Assembly: GCA_012295275.1 (NCBI GenBank)
Contig: CM022667.1
Coordinates: forward strand, 20,398,001-20,462,000
Reading direction: 5' to 3'
Length of the DNA stretch: 64,000 nucleotides
DNA from: Chrysomallon squamiferum
Lineage: Eukaryota; Animalia; Mollusca
Shown piece after piece: positions 42,901 through 55,067 of the stretch; the first letter of the stretch is position 1, and the number at the start of each line of letters is the position of its first letter. The notes under the pieces are model-generated. The model had not been told where the DNA came from. It saw only the letters and a list, made by a program, of their open reading frames with translations, and did no database searches. The translations under genes were made by a program, and so were the position numbers.

Positions 42901-45900
42901 TGTTATATTAATGTACCAAGGTAACATAAACTTGTCATCAGCTGTAACACGACAAGCAAATCATGCTTTATGTAATATTACTTTATATACACATAAAACA
43001 ACAGCAGCAACAATGATGATTTTCTTGTTGATGATGATAACAACAACAATAACAACACAGTGACATTCGCTTTTCGACGTATTTAGCGTTACTTGACTGT
43101 TTAAAATGTACTCACAGAACTAAACACACGACTGTCACTAAAAGTTTGTTAATATATTACAGCTCATAAGCCTTTGAGTAATTGTCTGAGAGTAATAAAA
43201 TTCTGTTTTGAGCAGAGATTAGCATGAGATTATCCTAAGATTATCTCTCAGACTATACACCACATTACTGAGTAATTTCACTTATTATATCTAATAACGG
43301 TTAAATCTTGAAACAAATAAGACGGAATCAGTGTAGCTATTTGTGTAATACTGAATCGACTGAACAAATTAGACAGAATCAGTGTAGATATTGTGTAAAA
43401 CTGAATCGACTGAACAAATAAGACAGAATCAGTGTAGATATTTGAGTAATACTGAATCGACTGAACAAATGACAGAATCAGTGTAGATATTTGTGTAATA
43501 CTGAATCGACTGAACGAATTAGACAGAATCAATGTAGATATTTGTGTAATACTGAATGAAGTGAACAAATTAGACAGAATCAATGTAGATATTTGTGTAA
43601 TACTGAATGAAGTGAATGAATTAGACAGAATCAATGTAGATATTTGTGTAATACTGAATGAAGTGAATGAATTAGACAGAATCAGTGTAGATATTTGTGT
43701 AATACTAAATGAACAGTGTAGATATTTGTGTAATACTGAATGAACACAGTGTAGATATTTGTGTAATACTAAATGAACACAGTGTAGATATTTGTGTAAT
43801 ACTAAGTGAACACATTAGAATCAGTGTAGATATTTGTGTAATACTAAATGAACAGTGTAGATATTTGTGTAATACTGAATGAACACAGTGTAGATATTTG
43901 TGTAATACTAAATGAACACAGTGTAGATATTTGTGTAATACTAAATGAACACAGTGTAGATATTTGTGTAATACTAAATGAACACAGTGTAGATATTTGT
44001 GTAATACTAAATGAACACAGTGTAGATATTTGTGTAATACTAAATGAACACAGTGTAGATATTTGTGTAATACTAAATGAACACAGTGTAGATATTTGTG
44101 TAATACTAAATGAACACATTAGAATCAGTGTAGATATTTGTGTAATACTAAATGAACAGTGTAGATATTCGTGTAATACTGAATGAACAGTGTAGATATT
44201 TGTGTAATACTGAATGAACAGATTAGAATCAGTGTAGATATTTGTGTAATACTGAATGAACACATTAGAATCAGTGTAGATATTTGTGTAATACTAAATG
44301 AACAGTGTAGATATTCGTGTAATACTGAATGAACAGTGTAGATATTTGTGTAATACTGAATGAACAGATTAGAATCAGTGTAGATATTTGTGCAATACTA
44401 AATGAACACAGTGTAGATATTTGTGTAATACTAAATGAACACATTAGAATCAGTGTACATATTTGTGTAATACTAAATGAACAGTGTAGATATTTGTGTA
44501 ATACTGAATGAACAGTGTAGATATTTGTGTAATACTGAATGAACACATTAGAATCAGTGTAGATATTTGTGTAATACTAAATGGACACATTAGAATCAAT
44601 GTAGATATTTGTGTAATACTAAATGAACAGTGTAGATATTTGTGTAATACTAAATAGACACATTAGAATCAGTGTAGAGATTTGCGTAATACTAAATAGA
44701 CAAATAGAATCAGTGTAGATATTTGTGTAATACTAAGTGAACACATTAGGATCAATGTAGATATTTGTGTAATACTAAATGGAGTGTTTTGGCAGGGCGG
44801 GGCAGTCATCAGACTTTTCCACAAAGAACTCGAGGCGTATCTGGTGGCGGAGGGTTTGTTTGATGAAGATATCACCGAAGATGGTCAGTTGTGAACATTA
44901 TTATTATTATTATTATTTATAAAAATAAAGAGTATTAAACGTATAACAGTACGTTTGTATTATATAACCATGAATTTAAACTATTTATTTATTATTTATT
45001 TAATTATTAGATAAACATCTATTTTGATTTAAGTTTTGTAAAGCTTTTCTTCACAAAATTTAATACAGTCAAAGTGACAAACAAACACGAAACACACAGA
45101 AATAAAGAGTAGAATAAAGTTAAATACTTTGACTCGTTTCTTCTTTTTCAGTTCATTTCCGCATTCGGGTCATGGATCAACATAAACCCCGAACGCTGTC
45201 TCCGCCCACTTCCGGTAATACATTCTGGCAAATCGAGGCTGAAAACAGCGCCTTAAATGGTAAAATATACAACAATTCTATTTATTTATTTATTTATTTA
45301 TTTATCTCAATACTTTTGTTATTTGTCTGTTTTTAATTTCCTTTTTCGTTCAGTAAGTATAATTTTTCTTTATTATCGACTGTCTGTTGATTAACTAATA
45401 ATAATTATTATTATATAATTTTTTATTTCTCTATGTAATTTTTTTCTCTCTCTCTCTCTCTTTTTTCTGGAAAAAAAAAAATATATATATATATCCATTG
45501 CCAAAGGAAAATTTACGATAGTTTTATAAAAACTTTAACTGAAAAATAAAAAATTATACGCATAAAGTAAAAAGTCCTGAAAACATCAGAATGTCAACGT
45601 AATAAACAGCAAAAACGGCGACCCATAGAACACCCGATAATAATGTCAGAGTTGGCGGAAGTGATGAGGAGTAGATAAAAATCAAACATTCAGCTTAACG
45701 ATGCAACATGCAGAACACATGGAAAATCTCTCAAATTCAAAAACAAATTAAACTGGAAGACCATCTCCTGCTAACTCTCCCATGCATAGATATCAGTGGG
45801 CTGATTAGGTCACGTGGGATACGTAACCATTTTATCGCTTACATGACATTTCACAGAGTCGGAACATGGCTGGCAGCGTGTACATCACGTCAACACTTTG

Positions 45901-48900
45901 ACGTTGTTGTTTTTAGTGAAGTTTTGTAAGATTGTGAGTCAATAAGGTCCGGTACTGTCTTGCTGATAAATGACGCAAGCTGCTGCTGCTTAAATGAAAG
46001 ACAGTCGAATGCGGAACCGCTGATGACTGGTAATGTCCTCTGCTTCTCGCAGATCCCTCCCAACCAGTAACACTCCCTTCCGAATAATCCGCCATTCGTT
46101 CTCCTCTTCGGCGGTAAGCATGTTGTCTTCCGTCAGCTCTGAACTAACAGAATCAGCTTTTATCAGCGGAGTCTGAAGTCTACCAGTCAATTCGTTGTCA
46201 TCATCGTACAGTCTGGTTTCAAACTCAGTGAGTTTTCTCTGTGTGGTCTGTGAACCCGTGAGTCGGGAGGCCATTTTCTGTCTGTCCACTAAGCCCATGA
46301 CCTAAGAAATTCGTCAAAACGTCATAACGTCATTGTTGACGTATACCATGTCATTTGAACCTTTTTGATATATCCTGGATGCAGGAGATGTAGTTGTTTA
46401 CTTGCCCGTGCTTTTCACGGTTTCGGGTATTTCCCGTATAACCTGCCCTGGGTTGGTATTATTTTCTGCATACATTACTGTCGCGTTCGTTTGGAGCTAG
46501 ATGATTTATAGTGATCATGTTTTTTATTTTAAAGTGGCGAAGTTTCTCTTCGCCGTGGGAATATTAAAAAATAGAAAAGAAAAAAGAACAAAAAATGTTG
46601 ACGACGAATAAATAGTTTGTGTATTATCAGTATTACTAATAAAGCTTGTATAAAGTAGTAGTAGCTACTGCTACTACTACTGCTACTGCTACTACTACTG
46701 CTACTGCTACTGCCACTGCTACTACTACTGCTGCTACCATTACTGCTGCTGCTCTACTACTACTGCTACTATTACTGCTATTGCTACTACTACTACTGCT
46801 ACAACTACTACACTACTACTACTACTATACTACTATTGCAACTACTATTATACTACTGCTACTACTACTAGCGCTACTACTATATTACTCCTATCATCAA
46901 CGCTCCCGCTAATTTTTCTAAACCACTGAGGTGGAACTTTTGAGAAAAAGCTAATTTTTAATGGCCGAATGAATCTGGTTTTGTAAGTTAAATTCGAGAC
47001 ATTTCAATGTGTACAGAGACTCCTACGAGATCATTGACTACTACAACTAATAATAACTGCAACGACAATATAATATCGACTTTTAGTTAATCGGTACAAG
47101 TAATGTCTGGTAACAGGTGCTGTAACAGCATAGTCAGTTACGTAATTTTATGTAAAAATATTAACTCTCTCTGGATGTTCTAACCTTGTTAAATATTTCT
47201 AGAAACACAGACAAATTAGCTAATTCAACGACTGACGTAATTCACCATGGTTTAATTACTTGTTTGTTTAAACAGGCGACATTCTGAGATGGGAACAGCA
47301 GATTCGACTTCGTCACATGACAACCCGGAAGTACTTGTGCATCGACGCAAATCACGATATTTCTCTCATCGATGACAACGAAGACCCGAGAACCGTTTTC
47401 AGAATGCACTCCGTACTCAGTGTAAGACATCTGTCCTAGCGTCGTCATCATCATAATAGCAACAACAGTACTAATGAAACAGAATAACAACATCAACAGC
47501 AACAACAATAAATCTAGTAACAGCGACAATAATAATAAAAATAACCTCCCTCCCCCCAAAAAACCCCAGCAACAAGACCTAACAATAATAACAACAATAA
47601 CAACAACAGCAACATTAATAACATCAGCAATACTAATAATATTACTGGTGTTGCAATATTGCTTCTATTACTTATATTACTACAGTATATGCTAAATTAC
47701 TCATACTGCTGCTACTACTACTACAACTGTTACTACTTCTACTATTACTGCTACTGCTGCTGCTACTACTACTACATAGTAATATTATTGTTTAAACTGT
47801 TGTGGCACTGATATTGTAGGAGCGAGATGAAATTCATTTTGAAAGTTACGCACGGATTGAACATGTGCTGACTGGATTTTGGCTGCATGCACTGAAAGGT
47901 AAATAATTAATATGTTATATTTCTGTTTAAAGAAAAATAGCTCTGTGATAAATAAATATATATATATTAATTTTTATTACAAGACGTACTAACTTCAGTT
48001 TGGTAATTGCTTGTAATTGTGAATAGCATTTTAAGCATTAGAAATTACTCTTAAGTGTGTATTTACATAGACTTGACCCCAACAGTAATTATTATCTTTT
48101 TATTAATGTAAAATATAAGCATATTTCAATGTATATTCTATATATAACCAAGTTATTTGTATTGCAGTTTGTCTTTAGTATAATGTTTAACAAATCCGGT
48201 ATATACAGGTATACGTACATACTTACAACTTAATTATGTTCTCTACACAGATTATCAAAGATAAACACATATACTCGTACAACTATTCTCTCTACCATGC
48301 CTGTGTATTGTAGATTACAGAAATACTTATAAGCTTCTATTAACTACTCGTGTAATCTGTAGAAATACGGTTTACTTATACGAATTTATTACCTATGAGT
48401 ATACTTTAAATTTCAGAAATACGATATACGTATTATTAATGTAACGATTTATAATCTGTTCGTGTATTGCTGACTACAGATTTACGTATTACGTCAGAGT
48501 AAAGGTCAGTAATATACGTATTCTGTAGATTATCGACATTACGTATTACTTACATCAGTGTAAAGGTACATTATATACGCACTTACTGCAGATCAGAGAA
48601 ATACGTATCATTTATCATCAGTGCAAGAATCTGCTATCTGTATGTGGTGATTATAGAAATAAATGTTATTAACTGGCAATGAAAACCCTGGTTTATTACA
48701 GATGAAGACTACATCAGACGACAGTTCCGGAATGTCGACGAGTCGACAGATCAAAGTATGAGAGGATTACGGTGGGACAACGCCCAAGTTAGACAGGCAC
48801 GTTTAGTTACACAGTCTTTTTACCTTTGGTCATATGAAAAAGCATTCTGCTTGACAATGTTTACAATCATATTCATTTATCTTGACAATGTTTACAATCA

Positions 48901-51900
48901 TATTTATTTATCTTGACACTGTTTACAATCATATTTATTTATCTTGACACTGTTTACAGTTATATTTGTTTATCTTGACAATGTTTACAGTTATATTTGT
49001 TTATCTTGACTATGTATAGTTATAGTTATTTTCTTGACACTGTTTACAGTTATATCTATTTATCTTGACACTGTTTACAGTTATATGTGTTTATTTTGAC
49101 AATGTTTACAGTTATATGTGTTTATCGTGACACTGTTTACAGTTATATTTGTTTATCCTGACACTGTTTACAGTTATATCTATTTATCTTGACACTGTTT
49201 ACAGTTATATCTGTTTATCTTGACACTGCTTACAGTTATATCTGTTTATCTTGACACTGTTTACAGTTATATGTGTTTATCTTGACACTGTTTACAGTTA
49301 TATCTGTTTATCTTGACACTGTTTACAGTTATATGTCGTGACACTGTTTACAGTTATATGTGTTTATCTTGACACTGTTTACAGTTATATGTGTTTATCG
49401 TGACACTGTTTACAGTTATATGTGTTTATCTTGACACTGTTTACAGTTATATGTGTTGATCGTGACACTGTTTACAGTTATATCTATTTATCTTGACACT
49501 GTTTACAGTTATATCTGTTTATCTTGACACCGTTTACAGTTATATCTGTTTATCTTGACACCGTTTACAGTTATATCTGTTTATCTTGACACTGTTTACA
49601 GTTATATGTGTTTATCTTGACACTGTTTACAGTTATATGTGTTTATCGTGACACTGTTTACAGTTATATGTGTTTATCTTGACACTGTTTACAGTTATAT
49701 GTGTTTATTGTGACACTGTTTACAGTTATATGTGTTTATCTTGACACTGTTTACAGTTATATGTGTTTATCTCGACACTGTTTACAGTTATATGTGTTTA
49801 TCTTGACAGTGATTACAGTTATATGTGTTTATCTTGACACTGTTTACAGTTATATGTGTTTATCTTGACAGTGATTACAGTTATATGTGTTTATCTTGAC
49901 AGTGATTACAGTTATATGTGTTTATCTTGACACTGTTTACAGTTATATGTGTTTATTTTGACACTGTTTACAGTTATGTTTGTTTATCTTGACACTGTTT
50001 ACAGTTATATCTGTTTATCTGTTGCTGTTCAGGTGGCGGCGAGTGGAGAAAGTATGTACGACGACGCTTTTACGATTCAGTTCGTGGAGCGGCAGTACGT
50101 CGACGACTTCAACTACGTCGCTGGAATGGTTCCTTTTCTGCTCAACCTCATCAGAGATGTATGCTTTAGTGACCTGTAAAAAAGCATTACAACAACAACA
50201 ACAACAATAAATAAATAAATACGTAAATAAGTAAAGAAAGTTAGAAACAAAAAACCAAAAACTATATAAAAGAAGACTGACCAAATATTGCCACATTATT
50301 TTACTAATAGTTATGGTAAATGCTAACATCATCAACAACAACAATAAATAAAAACATAAATAAGTAAAGAAAGAAAGAAAGTAAAAAATGAAGATAAACC
50401 AAATATTATTTTTATAATGTTTTAAAATAATGTTTTCTTTCATTTTAATTTTGCTACATTCTACCTAATTTTTAATTTTGCTGTTTCAGCGAACAGATGG
50501 TCAGTGTTTGAACGCCAAGAAAACACACACAACACTCACAGTAAGTTCTAATACAAACAGTAAAATCATATATATATATATTATTTCATCTGGAATTCAT
50601 TGGAATAATTGTTACATACAGAACAGAAGAGAAATGAAAATAGGTTTATGGTTTGGTAGAGTCTCGCGAGGTCTGACCTCATACATCTGACTTTCAGTGG
50701 TACGCTAACAAACTGACAATAAACAGCTGTCATTAGAGACACACTTCAGATCTGTTCCTGAACAGTAATTTACTCATTGACTTTCGACGTAAAACATCAG
50801 TCATACGTGTGTAAATGTCCGTTTGTATGTTTATATCAGGTCTTCACTCGAGAGAAATTAATCTCCATTTTAGATATTAAACTAACGATCCGAGAGTTTC
50901 AGAGTTGGGAGATAATGACGATGATCATTATAATGATAATGACTGTCATGATGATGATAATGGTAGCAAGTTGAATAATGATTATGATGATGATATTTAA
51001 TGAATTGTCAATATTATAATTAAGACATTTTATCTTTAACAGAAATATCTCTTTAATTTGGACATCTTAATAACAGAGATATCTAAGTAACATGCACATC
51101 TTAATAATAGAGATATCTAACATGCACATGTTAGTAATACAGATATCTAAGTAACATGCACATGTTAGTAATAGAGATATCTAATTAACATTTATATCGT
51201 AGTAATAGAGATATCTAAGTAGCATGCACATGTTAGTAATAGAGATATCTAACATGCACATGTTAGTAATACAGATATCTAAGTAGCATGTACATGTTAG
51301 TAATATAGATATCCAAGTAACATGTACATCTTAATATTAGCGATATCTTAGTAACATGAAACATCTTAGTAATAGTGGTAAGTTAGTAACATGCACATCT
51401 TAGTAGAGATATCTACATATCATGCACATCTAAGTAACAGAGATATCTTAGTAACATGCACATCTTAGTAATAGAGATATCTAAGTAACATGCACATCTT
51501 AGTAATAGAGACATTTTAGTAACATGCACATCTTAGTAATATAGATATCTAAGTAACATGCACATCTTAGTAATAGAGATATCTAAGTAACATGCACATC
51601 TTAGTAATAGAGATATCTAAGTAACATGCACATCTTAGTAATAGAGACATTTTAGTAACATGCACATCTTAGTAATAGAGATATCTAAGTAACATGCACA
51701 TCTTAGTAATAGAGACATTTTAGTAACATGCACATCTTAGTAATAGAGATATCTAAGTAACATGCACATCTTAGTAATAGAGATACCTTAGTAACATGCA
51801 CATCTTAGTAACAGGGATACCTAAGTAGCATGCGCATCTTAGTACAGAGATATCTTAGTAACCGTTCTTTAGCATAGTTTGCAAATTGATTTGTGCATCT

Positions 51901-52952
51901 TTTGCAAACTGAATTGATCGTAATTATATTATCCTGTTGTTTTTCTCTTAATTTCAGTGTTTATTGATAAATATTAATATTAATTTTTTATTATTATTAT
52001 ATTTTGCATGATATTACACGTAATTTTGTTTAAAGATCTTTATATCTTGGATCACTTTAAGCTATAACGTTACCGTGTTCCGCAGTAAACATTTTTTTTC
52101 TTATATTCTTAAAGGCTTATGCGAAGGTGAGTTTGTAGGAATGCCTTATTTCGTATTTCTGATTTGTATTTTATTTCAATATTTGTTTTTCGGAGGCTGA
52201 AGGGAAACCAAGATTAATCTGGTTCTACTAATGACAACAACGATTTTTCCTATCAGTAATTAGTGAAGTACAAATCGTTAAAAAAAAAGGGTGTTGATAA
52301 AAAGTAGTTTCTTGGTTTCCACTTGCCTATTTAACTGTCAATGCACCGCATCAGTGAACGGATTTAATTAAGGAATTACTACGTAATAACTTTTTTTTTT
52401 TTTTTTTTTTTTTAACTGCGTTATAAAAATCTTCTTTTTCTCTGCATTCGTTTCAGCTCTTTTCAACAGTTTTGATGGAATTGTTTCAGTATGTTTGCAT
52501 CATGTTTCAATTATTGTCACTGATAATGTAACTGTCGTTATTTGGCGGTTCGCATTACAGAGAATTAAGTTATTTAATAACGACTCTCCTCAGAGACAGA
52601 ATATTACGTTGTGTACACTGACATCTGTGCATTGTCTTCCAGCGTTTGTCAGCTCGAAGTCTGTGATAACAGTGTATTATAACACAACACATAAATTACT
52701 AATTAAAACATTTAAAGACTGTCGCTTATTTTTCTCTATCTCTGTTTAAACTTTGTCCTAACATCTTTGACTGGTAAATGTCTACTGTTTTCTGTTTCAT
52801 GTGAGTATTTCGATCGTATCGAAAAAAAAAAAAAAAAAAAAAAGAAAGAAAGCACCTCTTTTTTAAAGTCAGCTGTTCACATGCCTCGGACGCTTGTTCT
52901 ATAACAAAACATTTGTTGTTGTTTTTTTGTCTGAAATATACGACCAACATTT

Positions 52953-53008
<56 letters not shown>

Positions 53009-54367
53009 CATAATAATAATAACTCTAAATATAATAATAATACGAACAACGTTTGGATTCTTTTTTAAAACAGAATCTATGTAGTTGTAAGATGCAATAT
53101 AGCGAATCTTCACTTGTTTGTGTAATATTATTTTCAGGTATATATATATATATATATATATACTTATATTAATATCATTAAGGGAATGATGAGGCATTTT
53201 GGTGAAGATAAAATAAAAGTCATTTTTATTGATAATGTGCATAATGGATGATGATGTCTGCTGTTGTTTTTTTTATCGTGTTCAAAAATATTTTTTTCTA
53301 TTGTATCTTGCTCTCAAATGTTGCATTTTGTTTTCTATTTTTTTAAACTTGTTTTAAAATAATTTTAATCTTGAGTCTTTCTCATGCAGATTTGTCTTAT
53401 TCGGCTTCATTCAGTTTCTTTTTCTATTCTTCAAATCAGTCGAAAAAGTTTAGGGGCAAATTTATTAACACCTGTTCTAAGATTTTGACGTAATTTGTAC
53501 TTGTTTTATTGTTGTCTACACCGAACAGCGGCGAAGTCTGTGTGCGTGTCTTAACTGCTTGAACTGTTATTACATCCAAGCTACGTGGACCGTAACAAAC
53601 TGTCTATGATACATCAAACTGATTACAACTGTCGTCTGATTTTGGGTGTAATAACACTGCAGATTCACTTCTTTCTTATATCTTATAAAACAATTTTTTA
53701 TTTATATAAATTATAATTATTTTTTTTTTTCAAACTGACCACGGTTTGTCATAATAAATGTTTTGAACAGGAAACATTTTTTTTTTATTTTTTTTTTTTT
53801 TTTTTATAATCAGCTGTTAAATTTATAAACGATCTTATCTTTTGTTTAATAACTATTTTTTCTATGTTAATATAATCTTTTTCTGAAATTAATTTATACG
53901 AAATAATGAACTATTTAAATTAATATTTAAACTAATGTCATAATACATCTAAACTAATATTTTAAACAAATCTTCTTGTACTGCGTTTGACTTTATTACG
54001 GATGTCGTATATCATCAAGAACTGTTAACTTTATCTTTCAGGCTATGGAAGAACTCAGAAAGTTTATGTACGTGAAGGGAATAATCAGCAAAAACCGCCA
54101 AAAGCTAATGCGGAATCTACGGGTAATTCTACTTTTTACATTAAAAGAACATTAAACTAAAATTTCCGGAATTATAATTTATACATAACAACTAATTAAC
54201 AGAATTCAGTTTGTTTGAAATTATTTGAGTTATTATTTTATCGTATAGATTCTACATTATTTATATAAACATAAACACCAGGATAAATAGTATTTTACTT
54301 TTCAACCATTCAGGATAACATTATCAAACAAATGTTTTATCTTTTCTTTATTATTTTAAAAATTCTT

Positions 54368-54439
<72 letters not shown>

Positions 54440-55010
54440 TTATTTTTATTTTTATTTTTTTTCAGGTAATAGATCTGCTGGTGAAGATACTGAAATGTCC
54501 TCTCAATGCAGTGCTGGACGAAATCAATCTGATCCAGATTTTCAAGGAGGCCTACGACATCCTCTACACATACATGATAGGGAAAAGCCGCAAGAACGCG
54601 CTCTACTTTGCCAAGTACATCGAGTTCTTCCAGACTCAGTTCACTCAGAAGGTGAAATTTTATACGGATTTTCACAACTTTCTTAATATCTGTTTCTCAT
54701 TCAGAAATAATAACTGTATTGAATATGTGAAATAACTGACTCTTACCTGAAGTGTAAAATACTGCTACTAAAACGAAGATATAAATGTTCTGTTCTTAAA
54801 ATTATTGTAATTAATGAACGAGAAGAGTGAATTAAAATAATAATAATAATAATAATTGTCATAATAATTGTCATAATAATAATAATAATAATAATAATAA
54901 AATAAAATAAAATAAATAAATAAATAAAAAATTAATAAAAAATAATTTATACCTATATAGCTGACTACAAGCCAACAACACAATGACGACCTAAAATGCC
55001 TATGATAATG

Positions 55011-55067
<57 letters not shown>

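Noticed and set aside
43278-44875. Repetitive ORFs on both strands (SITQISTL / SVDICVILNE)
   Set aside because: Minisatellite translations; the last also overlaps exon 9 antisense
46033-46113. + strand MSSASRRSLPTSNTPFRIIRHSFSSSA resembling a mitochondrial presequence ending at a donor
   Set aside because: Phase 0 does not fit the next exon (phase 1), and the composition is explained as the antisense of the acidic minus-strand ORF
54337-54675. Minus-strand 112-aa ORF (also 47242-47559, 50015-50443, 61700-62029)
   Set aside because: Antisense shadows of ITPR exons extended by trinucleotide repeats
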